Shown one piece after another: positions 8,728 through 18,192 of a stretch of 64,000 bases of DNA. The DNA comes from a bacterium (lineage in GTDB: Bacteria > Verrucomicrobiota > Verrucomicrobiia > Limisphaerales > UBA11358): contig JAKAFL010000005.1 in assembly GCA_021817945.1 (NCBI GenBank), positions 43,387 through 107,386 on the forward strand, in the 5' to 3' direction. Within the stretch, counting starts at the first letter, position 1. Every line of letters starts with the position of its first letter. The notes beneath the pieces are model-generated. The model was given only the letters and a program-made list of their open reading frames with translations, was not told the origin of the DNA and searched no databases. Both the position numbers and the translations under genes were made by a program.

Positions 8728-10722
8728 TCAGGCAACTTTGGCTTTGATTTTTCTGCCTAAAACCTGTGTGCGGTTGAGCCTGGATATGATCGCAAAGGCA
8801 TGCTCTGCGGAAACATCCATGAACAGATGCTTTTCGCGCACGTCCACGGTGCCAACCACCTTGCCGGGGAGTCCGGTCTCCCCCGCCACCAGATTGACCA
8901 TGTCAATCGGTTTGACACCATGCTCGGACCCAACGCCCACCCAAAGCCGTGTCTGCCCGGTCGGAGTGGCGCGGCTGTGCCGCACTTTGGCCGCGCTTGC
9001 TGCTGGCTTGGGAGCGCTACCTCCTGCATTTTCTGTTTTCGGGCCGGATGCACGCACGGAGTCCAGGATCTCAGCGTCTGAAAAGGTTTTCACAGGCGCC
9101 TCTTTCACATGAGCAGGAGGGGCCTGTGGGGAGGGAACAAAGGTGGGAGCCGCCGGCGCCGCTGGTTTTGCGGGCTGCATGAGGCCAGGCATGGGCGTGG
9201 TGGAGCTGATTGGGCGCTCCCCGGTGCCTTTTTGTGACTGATCCTTCTGTTTCCAAGGTGGCGCGGAAGGCCTTTCCGACCGGCCTCGATCATTTCCAAA
9301 ACGTTCGCGCGGCCTGGACTCCGCCCTGGGGCTGGCTTCATAGGATTGGGGTTCGCGCCTGGGCCTGGCGGCCGGGGTGGGTGGCCGGGGTGGAGTTGCC
9401 GGTTCACGCGGGACATTTCTCACCGCTGCCGCCTCGTCCGTTTGCAGGTGGTGTATCAAGGCTGAGGCTATGTCAGTGGAATTAAATCCCTCTTCCAATA
9501 ACCTTTCGATGATGTGGTCCTGCCGTTTGTATTGACCCGCAGCCAGCGTGGCGCGAAGCTTGTCCAGGAAAAAGCTCTCCCTTGCCTCGTGCACTTCCTC
9601 TGCCGTGGGGATTTTGGCGCGTTGGATCCGCATGTTTGTGTAGCGTTCGATGTTGCGGATTTGGAACAGCTCACGGCCCGAGGCAAAAGATATGGCCCGC
9701 CCTGCCCGCCCTGCCCGCCCGGTGCGTCCTATGCGATGCACATAATCCTCACCGTCATAGGGGAGATCATAATTGAAAACCACCTGGACATCATCCACAT
9801 CAATGCCCCGCGCGGCAATGTCCGTGGCCACCAGAAACTCCAGTCCTGACTTGCGAAACTTTTGCATCACGCGATCGCGCATGGCTTGTGTCATATCCCC
9901 ATGCAGGCGGTCGGCAAGATAGCCTTGCGCTTCCAATGCCTCCACCAATTCATCCACCATCCGTTTGGTGTTGCAAAAAATGATGCCCAGCTTCAAATCA
10001 TGAATATCAATGAGCCGCGTCAACAGTTCCACCTTGTAACGGCGGTCCACCTCGTAATAAACCTGCTCCACCGTTGGCACGGTCATGGCCCGCTGCTCCA
10101 TTTTTACATTGATGGGTTCGCGGGAGTGATGTTCGATCAATTCCCGGATCGCTTTGGGCATCGTGGCAGAAAAGAAGACCGTTTGCCGGATGGCGGGTGC
10201 AGCTTTCAGGATGGTTTCAATGTCGTCCCGAAATCCCATGTTTAACATCACGTCCGCCTCGTCCAGGATCACCAAGCCGGTTTGTTCCAGGCGCAGGGTG
10301 CCCCTCCGCATATGGTCCATCACGCGCCCGGGCGTGCCGATCACGATTTGCGCTCCCTGCTTGAGTCCCCAAAACTGGCGCTCATAGGATTGTCCGCCAT
10401 AAATGGGCAGGGCAGTAATGCCCCGCTTGAAGAGAGCCAGTTTATGCACCTCCTCGGAAACCTGCACCGCCAGTTCGCGTGTGGGACAGAGGATCAAGAC
10501 CTGCACCGCGCGCAATTCCGGCTTCACTCTTTCAATGGCAGGAATGGCAAAGGCGGCTGTTTTGCCCGACCCCGTCTGGGATTGTCCCACCACATCTTTC
10601 CCGGCCATGAGGACGGGAATGGCCTCGGCCTGAATGGGCGATGCCTGTTCAAAGCCAAGCTTGTCAATGGCTTTCAAAAGTTCGGTCGAAAGGCCAAGCT
10701 CTGCAAATCGTTTTGTGGTCAT
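8728..10722 (-). CDS. deaD: DEAD-box ATP-dependent RNA helicase with Pro-rich linker and C-terminal DbpA-type RNA-binding domain
   Basis: Helicase motifs are present: Q motif (FEQASPIQ), AQSQTGSGKTAAF, DEAD (ILDEADVM), SAT, HRIGRTGRAGRAGRA. The C-terminus TRLWVGVGSEHGVKPIDMVNLVAGE... looks like a DbpA domain. I chose the start at the internal ATG (MTTKRF). The track ORF extends to 10758. Confidence 0.9.
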   Translation of the reverse strand: MTTKRFAELGLSTELLKAIDKLGFEQASPIQAEAIPVLMAGKDVVGQSQTGSGKTAAFAIPAIERVKPELRAVQVLILCPTRELAVQVSEEVHKLALFKRGITALPIYGGQSYERQFWGLKQGAQIVIGTPGRVMDHMRRGTLRLEQTGLVILDEADVMLNMGFRDDIETILKAAPAIRQTVFFSATMPKAIRELIEHHSREPINVKMEQRAMTVPTVEQVYYEVDRRYKVELLTRLIDIHDLKLGIIFCNTKRMVDELVEALEAQGYLADRLHGDMTQAMRDRVMQKFRKSGLEFLVATDIAARGIDVDDVQVVFNYDLPYDGEDYVHRIGRTGRAGRAGRAISFASGRELFQIRNIERYTNMRIQRAKIPTAEEVHEARESFFLDKLRATLAAGQYKRQDHIIERLLEEGFNSTDIASALIHHLQTDEAAAVRNVPREPATPPRPPTPAARPRREPQSYEASPRAESRPRERFGNDRGRSERPSAPPWKQKDQSQKGTGERPISSTTPMPGLMQPAKPAAPAAPTFVPSPQAPPAHVKEAPVKTFSDAEILDSVRASGPKTENAGGSAPKPAASAAKVRHSRATPTGQTRLWVGVGSEHGVKPIDMVNLVAGETGLPGKVVGTVDVREKHLFMDVSAEHAFAIISRLNRTQVLGRKIKAKVA

Positions 10723-10889
10723 GAATGGTTTTTCCTGCAAAAACCATCCTAAACACATTCAACCTGCAAAGGGAGACAAATCTTGATCTCAAAAGGGAAC
10801 CCAAGCGTGCCTGTGGTTGGTGGGTTTTGAGAAATTGAAAAAAACGGCAACCATCTTCTAAAAAACCAGGGGCACGAGAAACCAGATAT

Positions 10890-12050
10890 TCATTTGAGTC
10901 TGATCGGGTCCTGTTGTGAAATGTTTTTCAGTCCATCAATGAGCGCCTGTCGGGTTTGGTTATCAAGCCAAGACACACTGGCTGCGTATTGTTGCGCGGC
11001 AGACGGATCGCTTGTTTGCAGGGTTCCCAGAAGGTTCAAAAAACTCTGCATGCGCAGCGTGGGATCGCTGATCTGGTTTACCACAGACATGGCTGTGGCG
11101 GGAGGACAATTCACGCTGTCAGTCTTTCGGATGAGGTCTGCGGCCGCGGAATCATAGGATTGTCCGGATGCCTGTTGGGAAAGCCAGTTCATCATGGCCT
11201 CCGGGTTTTGCAGGGACCATTGGTTGAAGGCTTCATGAAGCACATAATTCCGCTCTGTTCCGTCGGGCATGGCCTCCCCATAATCGGCAAGGGAACCCGG
11301 ATTGCTTTGACTCCACCCATCTGCCAACGCGCGGAAGGTGCTGTTAAATGCCGGGTCATTGGTCATGGCAGCCAGTGCTTGAAGAGCTGACTGGGGTTGC
11401 GTTTCTCCCCAGTGCTTGAAGAGGTTTGCCGTCCAATCTGCGCGGCAATTGGTTGGCGCTCCATTTTGCAGGAAAGCCAGCGCCGTTTGAAAAGCTCCGG
11501 CCCGGCTGAGTGCCACCATCAATGCCGGAGCAGAAGCGTATGGGTCCGAAGGGTCGTTTTTCAGAAGCTGCCGAACCAAGCTCAAGGCAAGCCAGGGTTG
11601 ACTCACTGCACCGTACAAAACGGACTCCATATCCTCCTGCCGCTCGAAATCGGCCTGTTCCAACACCCAGTCAAAAGCGGTACAGGGATCCCTTTCACCC
11701 CACGCCCTCACCACGGCAGATAGGATTCGGCGGCGCAAAACATCGTCAGGTTGGCTTCGAGCCCAGTCCACGGCCAGCAGGGGAGATTCCGCCACGGCAC
11801 CCCTTCCAAGTGTGAACAATCTATCGTCCGACATGGACTCGGTTAACAAAGGGAAGACCGGACCAACCTCACCTTTCAAGGCTGTGGTTGGCCCGGCTTC
11901 CCGGGCACTCTGCACTGGGTTGGAAGGTTTTGGACCCTGCCCTAGCAAGCCCAAGACATGGGGGTAAATGCAGGAGAGAACCATGATTCCTGCCAGAACC
12001 AACCCGAGCCATTTTCCCTTTAGGACCATTTTTATTAGAAGACATTTCAC
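10890..12050 (-). CDS. Signal-anchored alpha-helical repeat protein, function unknown
   Basis: 386 aa with a hydrophobic N-terminus. At least 4 copies of a roughly 35-aa repeat of the form xxxWxxxxPxxAxxW (VVRAWGERDPCTAFDWV, LFKHWGETQPQSALQAL, LADGWSQSNPGSLADY, AFNQWSLQNPEAMMNWL). GTG start at 12050, alternative ATG at 12029. Confidence 0.6.
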   Translation of the reverse strand: MKCLLIKMVLKGKWLGLVLAGIMVLSCIYPHVLGLLGQGPKPSNPVQSAREAGPTTALKGEVGPVFPLLTESMSDDRLFTLGRGAVAESPLLAVDWARSQPDDVLRRRILSAVVRAWGERDPCTAFDWVLEQADFERQEDMESVLYGAVSQPWLALSLVRQLLKNDPSDPYASAPALMVALSRAGAFQTALAFLQNGAPTNCRADWTANLFKHWGETQPQSALQALAAMTNDPAFNSTFRALADGWSQSNPGSLADYGEAMPDGTERNYVLHEAFNQWSLQNPEAMMNWLSQQASGQSYDSAAADLIRKTDSVNCPPATAMSVVNQISDPTLRMQSFLNLLGTLQTSDPSAAQQYAASVSWLDNQTRQALIDGLKNISQQDPIRLK

Positions 12051-12073
12051 CCATGCCCGGCGTTAAGGCATCC

Positions 12074-13747
12074 TCACTGGTCCAACTCGACACAGTCATA
12101 GCTAAAGGAAGCGCTCAACCAAGGGCTTAGGTCGCTGGAACCGCTGATGGGTGTAATGGTGATTGAATTCCAACCGTTAATCAAATCCGATGAAGGAATG
12201 GTCCAAGTAAATGTGGTGTTGTTTCCACGATAAGTTCCCGTGGTAAAACACCGGGCCTCCGGTTGAGTGGAGGCTCCTGGATTACTTAAGGCATGCCCAT
12301 TAATGACCACGGATGGCCGCCCACCGTTGTAGGCATCAGTGATGCCAATCTTAAAGACATGGGATGCGCCAGCCTCACCGGAAGTCAATGGGAACCAGAT
12401 GGTTGTTGGACTGTTGGTACCCCGGAATTGCACAGCCGGAAAACTGGCCGTGGAGGATTGGCCGATCGTAAAATTCACAGGACCCCATTTGCTTTCACGA
12501 ACGTCAGAAGGGTGCATGTACATGATGTTGCCTCCATTAAGAAACTCGAGCGGAGTTCCATCCCAATCTCCAATGCGCCAAATGGTTGGAGTGGTGCTAG
12601 GATCGTCAGTTATGGTAATGGTGTGTAGTGTCGTTGGCTGGCCTGCTGTCAATGTCACGCTGCCAGTCCAGACTGAAAGTTCGTTTTTGTAGATTGTCAT
12701 ATTGTAGGTTCCGGGCTTCATATTGTAGCATTCCCCACTACCGTTGCTGCCCAGTTGCTGCCAATACTGAGCCACGGAGTTGTTGAACCCCATGGTGTAG
12801 GTGTAGTTTGGATTCATGCCAGATAAACCATTCAAAACCAATCTACCACGACCCGAGGATCCCACGTAGCCGGTCAGGCCCAGGTTGGCTATGAAATTCA
12901 TGTTGGGAACCGAGGGTGTGGACCCGGTGGTAAAACAAAAGGCATAGGGTCCGTGAAGCACGTTCACCCGAAATGCCTCCAATTCACCTGCTATGGTAAG
13001 GTCAAGATGATGCCCTGAGTTCATGTAATTATAGATTTCCTGGTCCCCTCCAGATCCATCTCCCTGGTTCTCAATATCTCTCACAAAGGGCCCCCCTGTG
13101 CTGCTCTCCCTGTTGCCAAAGGCCGTAAAAACACCCACCCCGGAGCCGGTAGCTCCCTTGACGGTTAGAATGTGCGCACGTTCATTTCCATAGTACTTGG
13201 AAGTGGTTGTTCCATTGGCATGTCCAAAGACATCGGAACTTTCAATTGCTCCCGTATTGCCATTGTTGTTTGAATCCGGGGGTCCATTCGGCAACAGGTT
13301 GTATTGACCCCGAAAAATATAGCGCAATTCTCCCACAGAAGGTTCCACAGTGGGATATGTTGCCATGAAAATATCGTCCAACCCATTCGTCACGATGTAA
13401 TAATGCGTGCAATTGACGAATTCCGAATCCTTGGAAACACAGGTGATCACAATCACGCCTCCTTGGACGCTGGCCTGGACGGAGGATGCGCCAAAACCCG
13501 ATGCCAGACATGAGGCCTTCTGGGTGTCATTGAGTTCAACACCCTTGTATTTGCATGACGGCATGTCTCCCGCTGAATCCACTGTGAAAACTAAATTAGC
13601 CCCGTTATTGACGATGTAGCCTCCGCTGCTAGAAGTCACCCCGAATGAGGCAAACCCGGAACGTGGATGAAGCAACAGGAATACAGATGCGATAAATGAC
13701 AGAACTTTTAGCGACTTCAGGCCGATGCGGCCATGGTTTGATTTCAT
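12074..13747 (-). CDS. Secreted rhamnogalacturonan lyase, polysaccharide lyase family 4 (RhgB-like)
   Basis: 557 aa with a signal peptide. Colinear end to end with my recollection of Aspergillus aculeatus RG-lyase. Shared blocks: FGVTSSSGGYIV, GELRYIF...LLPN, AIESSDVF, SSTGGPFVRDI, YNYMNSGH, LHGPYAFCF, GYVGSSGRG, MKPGTYNMTIY, RIGDWDGTP, MHPSDVRESKWGP, GGRPSVVING, and the terminal YDCVELDQ. Confidence 0.8.
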   Translation of the reverse strand: MKSNHGRIGLKSLKVLSFIASVFLLLHPRSGFASFGVTSSSGGYIVNNGANLVFTVDSAGDMPSCKYKGVELNDTQKASCLASGFGASSVQASVQGGVIVITCVSKDSEFVNCTHYYIVTNGLDDIFMATYPTVEPSVGELRYIFRGQYNLLPNGPPDSNNNGNTGAIESSDVFGHANGTTTSKYYGNERAHILTVKGATGSGVGVFTAFGNRESSTGGPFVRDIENQGDGSGGDQEIYNYMNSGHHLDLTIAGELEAFRVNVLHGPYAFCFTTGSTPSVPNMNFIANLGLTGYVGSSGRGRLVLNGLSGMNPNYTYTMGFNNSVAQYWQQLGSNGSGECYNMKPGTYNMTIYKNELSVWTGSVTLTAGQPTTLHTITITDDPSTTPTIWRIGDWDGTPLEFLNGGNIMYMHPSDVRESKWGPVNFTIGQSSTASFPAVQFRGTNSPTTIWFPLTSGEAGASHVFKIGITDAYNGGRPSVVINGHALSNPGASTQPEARCFTTGTYRGNNTTFTWTIPSSDLINGWNSITITPISGSSDLSPWLSASFSYDCVELDQ

Positions 13748-14195
13748 TTATTTTTTGATTTTTATGTTTAAATTAAGGCATGGACACGGTGTCAGTGCCT
13801 TGGGTTATTACTGGAGAAACGTGTCAATATTAGCATGCTCTGGGTTTATCGCAACATCACCAATTCTGGTGATGCGGGTCTGTTTGCGGATGGAAACTGG
13901 CGGAAGTGGGGGCACGCCCCATCCCTGCGCGACTTGATCCGTGCAGGAGGAATGCAGGTCGAGTTCACCAAATGAATGCCTCTTTCAGGCCTCGATGGGG
14001 CTTCAACGAGCTTTTTTCCCTTTCGAATCCATGCTTTTGGTAGCTGCAAAAGCAGCCTTCTGGTTTTTGTCAATGCAAAATTCAAAGTCAAAGCGAGGCC
14101 TTTTATTGCTCAAAAATCAGCAAGTGTTCCAACTGGATTTTCAGCCGCATTATGGAGGACGCCAAGGATTAAACTATTCCATGAATCCGTCCTGC

Positions 14196-14627
14196 TTATA
14201 GGGGCGGTTTCTGTTGTAATAAGGTTTGCAAGAGGGAAATCCTCAACAAATTTGGCTTAATAGGCATATCCCACAAAGCATTGGGATGCGAGCCATTTCC
14301 GCTCCAGTACACCGGCGAATTAACTGATCCGGGAACACTGGGACTTCCAGTACCCAAAGCGTTTGAAGAGAAGTAATCCGGAAAAATCACCGGCAAGCCA
14401 TAGGTGGCTGGCGGTAAGCTGCTGCTGCGGTGGGAAATGTTTTCACCCGGTTCATCAAAAATCGCCCAAGTCGCGATAACCTTTTGTTTACATGCTTGCA
14501 GGATCGCCTTGAGGCTTTCGTAGCAATTGTTGGCGGCGCTATAAGGGGAGTTGATGGTATCATTTGGACCATTTGTCCCAGACCTGCACCGCTTGAGTCT
14601 TGTAAACATCCCGAGGCCAGGCTTCAA
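14196..14627 (-). CDS. Hypothetical protein (weak call)
   Basis: 143-aa ORF with a TTG start and Ser/Pro/Asn-rich composition. No motif recognised. Sits in the AT-rich spacer downstream of the cNMP-binding gene. Could be non-coding. Confidence 0.3.
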   Translation of the reverse strand: MKPGLGMFTRLKRCRSGTNGPNDTINSPYSAANNCYESLKAILQACKQKVIATWAIFDEPGENISHRSSSLPPATYGLPVIFPDYFSSNALGTGSPSVPGSVNSPVYWSGNGSHPNALWDMPIKPNLLRISLLQTLLQQKPPL

Positions 14628-14672
14628 ATTTTCAGGCGTGGCCCAGGCTCCATGGCCATTCCCCTGGAGGGT

Positions 14673-15134
14673 TTACTGGGTCTGCTCCGAGTGTTCCAAA
14701 AGTTTTCGTCGAATGGTTTGAAGCCGCAGGACCAAAATTTCCGACACACGCTGCATCAGGTCATAGCCCAATTCGTGGTTGGTTTCACATAGTTGACGCA
14801 GATGGGATGCGTGAAAACACAAGCTTTTGACCGGAGTGATGGCCCGTGAGTCAAACTGCCAGCAGGCCGAGTCAAAAAGCCATGAACAACCAAGCATGTC
14901 GCCCGGACCAAGGACCTGGATGGCAATGGATTCCCTGTCCATGGCGGAGGACTCCACTTGAACCCTGCCTTCCAAAATCAAATAGAAGCGATTGGCGGGG
15001 CCGCCTTCCTTGAAAATAATTTCATCCGGGCGAAATTCCGCCGGAACGCAATCCTGTGCCAGAAGGTGCAGATGTCGGGGGTCCATGCCCTTGAGCCACG
15101 GCTGTGATTGAAGAACCGTCAGGTTTGATTTCAT
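14673..15134 (-). CDS. Stand-alone cyclic-nucleotide-binding (CAP effector) domain protein
   Basis: cNMP-binding beta-roll motifs (IIFKEGGPANRFYLILEGRVQV ... GPGDMLGCSWLF ... RAITPVKSLCF). Start chosen at the internal ATG (MKSNLTVLQ), 8 nt after the pntB stop. The track ORF extends to 15260 and would overlap pntB. Confidence 0.75.
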   Translation of the reverse strand: MKSNLTVLQSQPWLKGMDPRHLHLLAQDCVPAEFRPDEIIFKEGGPANRFYLILEGRVQVESSAMDRESIAIQVLGPGDMLGCSWLFDSACWQFDSRAITPVKSLCFHASHLRQLCETNHELGYDLMQRVSEILVLRLQTIRRKLLEHSEQTQ

Positions 15135-15141
15135 AACTTTT

Positions 15142-16566
15142 TCAACCGGCGCGAACCTGGGCCACCAGGGCATTGAGGGATGCCTTGGCATCGCCAAATA
15201 ACATCCGCGTGTTGGATTTGTAAAAGAGGTGATTTTCGATGCCAGCGAAACCGGCGGCAAGGGAACGTTTCATCACAATCACCGTTTTGGCATGGTCGGC
15301 CTCAATAATGGGCATGCCGTATATGGGGCTGGATTTTTCCTCGCGCGCAGCGGGGTTTACCACGTCATTGGCGCCAATCACCAGGCAAACGTCCACGTGT
15401 TCCATTCCGGGATTCACGGCTTCCATCTCGCTAAGAAGCTCGTAGGAGACATCCGCCTCAGCCAGGAGGACATTCATGTGGCCCGGCATGCGTCCGGCCA
15501 CCGGGTGAATGGCAAACCGCACATCCACTCCGCGTTGCGCGAGTTCCTGGGAAAGCTCACGGACCGAATGTTGTGCCTGGGCCACAGCCATTCCGTAGCC
15601 GGGAACAATCACCACCTGCCGGGCATAACTGAGCAGGACGGCGGCTTCATCCGCCTGAATGGGTTTGACCGCCTGATGGGCTGATCCGGTAACGGAGCTG
15701 GCACCGGTGTTTCCAGAGCCAAAGGCGCCAAATAACACATTGGAAACAGGCCGGTTCATGGCCCTGCACATCAGAAGGGTCAGGAGGGTGCCGGAGGATC
15801 CAACCAGCGTGCCCGCCACCACCATGGCCAGATTGTGGATGGCAAAACCATCTGCCGCCACGGCCAGGCCGGTGAAGGAATTCAACAGGGAGATCACCAC
15901 GGGCATATCCGCGCCACCGATCGGCATGACCATGGCCACACCAAACAGGAGGGCTAAAATAAACATCAGGTTAAACCCACCAGCAGCAGATGGATTGGTG
16001 TCCCACCCGGCCAGCCATCCGCATAAGCCCAGGATCAGAACCAGGATCAGGCTGTTGACCAGGTTCTGGCCCGGAAAAGTCAGGGGTTTTTCCAATTTTC
16101 CCTCGAGTTTAAGGTAGGCGATGATGCTGCCAGAAAATGAGAGGGATCCAATAAGTGTGGCGAACAACATGAAGGCGGCAATGAACCATGGCGGAGCCAA
16201 TGGCATGTGCAGGCCTTTGACAAACTCGAGGCCAGCAACGAGCGCTGCCGCCCCACCGCCCAATCCATTGAATAGCGCCACCATCTGAGGCATGGATGTC
16301 ATTTTGACGGAGTACGCGCCCGCCGCCCCGGTGGCCAAACCAATAAGAATGCCGATGATGATCAGGGCATAATTTAAATCCCAACCCCGGGTCCAGATAA
16401 AATGGCCATCCGGCCCATGCAGGGAAACCAAGGCCACTAACATCCCTGCCGCAGCCACCAAGTTGCCGTATCGGGCTGTTTTGGGCGAACTGAGCAGTCG
16501 GATTCCCAAAATAAACAATACCGCTGCACCGATGATCAGGAAGGAGTTGGCAGTGTTCATGATCAT
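15142..16566 (-). CDS. pntB: NAD(P) transhydrogenase subunit beta
   Basis: 474 aa. Multi-TM N-terminal half plus a C-terminal NADP(H)-binding domain (VIVPGYGMAVAQAQH ... AIHPVAGRMPGHMNVLLAEA ... VIGANDVVNPAA). Confidence 0.92.
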   Translation of the reverse strand: MIMNTANSFLIIGAAVLFILGIRLLSSPKTARYGNLVAAAGMLVALVSLHGPDGHFIWTRGWDLNYALIIIGILIGLATGAAGAYSVKMTSMPQMVALFNGLGGGAAALVAGLEFVKGLHMPLAPPWFIAAFMLFATLIGSLSFSGSIIAYLKLEGKLEKPLTFPGQNLVNSLILVLILGLCGWLAGWDTNPSAAGGFNLMFILALLFGVAMVMPIGGADMPVVISLLNSFTGLAVAADGFAIHNLAMVVAGTLVGSSGTLLTLLMCRAMNRPVSNVLFGAFGSGNTGASSVTGSAHQAVKPIQADEAAVLLSYARQVVIVPGYGMAVAQAQHSVRELSQELAQRGVDVRFAIHPVAGRMPGHMNVLLAEADVSYELLSEMEAVNPGMEHVDVCLVIGANDVVNPAAREEKSSPIYGMPIIEADHAKTVIVMKRSLAAGFAGIENHLFYKSNTRMLFGDAKASLNALVAQVRAG

Positions 16567-16838
16567 TTCCTTTTCTTGAACATTTGCAACATGCGGTCGG
16601 TGACCAAAAAGCCGCCAAAAACGTTGGCGGATCCAAAGATGACTGCCACAAACCCAAGCGCCTGAGCCAGCGGCGTGGAGGCGTCTGCCAGAGCCAGGAT
16701 GCCGCCAAAAAGAATAATTCCATGGATGGCGTTTGTGCCGGACATCAGCGGCGTGTGGAGCATGGAGGGGACCTTGGAGATCACCTCCACTCCCACAAAG
16801 ACCGCGAGTATGAAAATGAACAAGATATTGGTATCCAT
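16563..16838 (-). CDS. pntAB: NAD(P) transhydrogenase subunit alpha, part 2 (membrane segment)
   Basis: 91 aa with 3 TM helices (HTPLMSGTNAIHGIIL...). ATGA overlap with pntB. Confidence 0.88.
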   Translation of the reverse strand: MDTNILFIFILAVFVGVEVISKVPSMLHTPLMSGTNAIHGIILFGGILALADASTPLAQALGFVAVIFGSANVFGGFLVTDRMLQMFKKRK

Positions 16839-16851
16839 GATGGGTCTGGGT

Positions 16852-17985
16852 TCAGGCCGCCTGGCCTGTGAGTTTCTCGTTCACGATTTTGCCATCGTGC
16901 GTGACGAGGCAGCCTTTGATGATTTCATCGTCCAACTTGAGCACAAAGGTCCTGGTGTTTTTATCCCAGAATTCCTCGATGAGAGCCACCAGGTTGGCGG
17001 CGAACATCTGGCTGGCATGAACGGGCACCCGTCCAGCCAGGTTTTCCAGGCCCACGATGGTCACACCCTTTCGGTTGATGACCTGGTTGAAGACCACGCC
17101 TTCCACGTTTCCACCTGTTTCAACCGCCAAATCCACCACCACGCTGCCTGGTTTCATGGCGTCCAGCATGGGTGAAGTCACCAGGATGGGGGCCTTCCGG
17201 CCAAATACCTGGGCCGCGCAAATGACCACATCGGATTCTCCGCACGTTTTGGTCATGGCCTCCCGTTGAATTTGGATTTGTTCCCCGGTCAAGGCCCTGG
17301 CGTACCCATCCTTGGTCTGACCGGTTTCACCCAGTTGAATCTGAAGGAATTGTGCTCCGAGGGATTTGACCTGTTCCTGCACCACGGGCCGCATGTCATA
17401 AGCCGTGACACGCGCGCCGAGCCGTTTGGCCGTGGCAATGGCCTGCAGACCAGCCACGCCCACACCAACCACAAAGACTTTTGCCGGCAACAAAGTTCCG
17501 GCCGCTGTGGTCATCATGGGAAAGATTTTATTGCAATAGCGCGCTGCAAGAATGACAGCCTCATAACCAGCCAGGTTGGCTTGTGATGAAAGTTCATCCA
17601 TTTTCTGAGCACGGGTGATGCGCGGAATAAGCTCAAGACTGATCGCGCTGACGCCTCTTTCGGCCAATTTTTGAATCAAAGCCGTTTCATTGAATGGGTC
17701 CAGCAGGCTGATATGCAGTGATCCCTTTTTGAGCAGGTCAATTTCGCCGGGCGTGGGCTTGCGCAAACCGAGCGTCAAATCCCCGGTTCTGAGCAAATGA
17801 TTACGGTCCGATGAAATGATCGCTCCTGCCTTGACGTAGGCCTCCTCTGCAAATCCTGCAGTAATGCCGATGCCGGATTCCACCTCCACTTCAGCGCCTA
17901 ATTTGACAAACCGGGCGACGGCTTCGGGCGTAAGCGACACGCGGGTTTCGCCGGGGTGGGTTTCGCGAGTGACTGAAATTTTCAT
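16852..17985 (-). CDS. pntAA: NAD(P) transhydrogenase subunit alpha, part 1 (alanine-dehydrogenase-like NAD(H) domain)
   Basis: 377 aa. MKISVTRETHPGETRVSLTPEAV..., Rossmann motif VFVVGVGVAGLQAIATAKRLGA. Confidence 0.92.
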   Translation of the reverse strand: MKISVTRETHPGETRVSLTPEAVARFVKLGAEVEVESGIGITAGFAEEAYVKAGAIISSDRNHLLRTGDLTLGLRKPTPGEIDLLKKGSLHISLLDPFNETALIQKLAERGVSAISLELIPRITRAQKMDELSSQANLAGYEAVILAARYCNKIFPMMTTAAGTLLPAKVFVVGVGVAGLQAIATAKRLGARVTAYDMRPVVQEQVKSLGAQFLQIQLGETGQTKDGYARALTGEQIQIQREAMTKTCGESDVVICAAQVFGRKAPILVTSPMLDAMKPGSVVVDLAVETGGNVEGVVFNQVINRKGVTIVGLENLAGRVPVHASQMFAANLVALIEEFWDKNTRTFVLKLDDEIIKGCLVTHDGKIVNEKLTGQAA

Positions 17986-18192
17986 CGCTGGTGGCGGATT
18001 GATCAGATCCTACCATGCCAACCTTCTGCCTGGCTTAGCCGATTTTGCCCAATTTAAATCAAAATTTGCGCCCAAAAAGTGCGCTTTGTTTTGCAGCGCT
18101 TGTCCTGGGTGTCGGCGTTGACAAACCCGCCTGTTGGGTCGTTTTGGTTGGGTAGATTGCCTGGATTTAAGAAGATTCACTGCTTGGCGGCA

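Noticed and set aside
9695-9723. Tandem ccctgcccg x3 DNA repeat
   Set aside because: It encodes GRTGRAGRAGRA, the normal helicase motif VI region also present in E. coli DeaD. It is not a structural repeat element.
13846-14201. 81- and 86-aa ORFs in the AT-rich spacer upstream of the lyase gene
   Set aside because: They overlap each other on opposite strands and have no motifs or start signals. The region is more likely promoter or regulatory DNA of the lyase gene.
16109-16723. 204-aa minus-strand ORF overlapping pntB and pntAB out of frame
   Set aside because: The pnt reading frames give canonical transhydrogenase sequences. The alternative frame gives a Trp/Arg/Gly-rich non-protein-like sequence.
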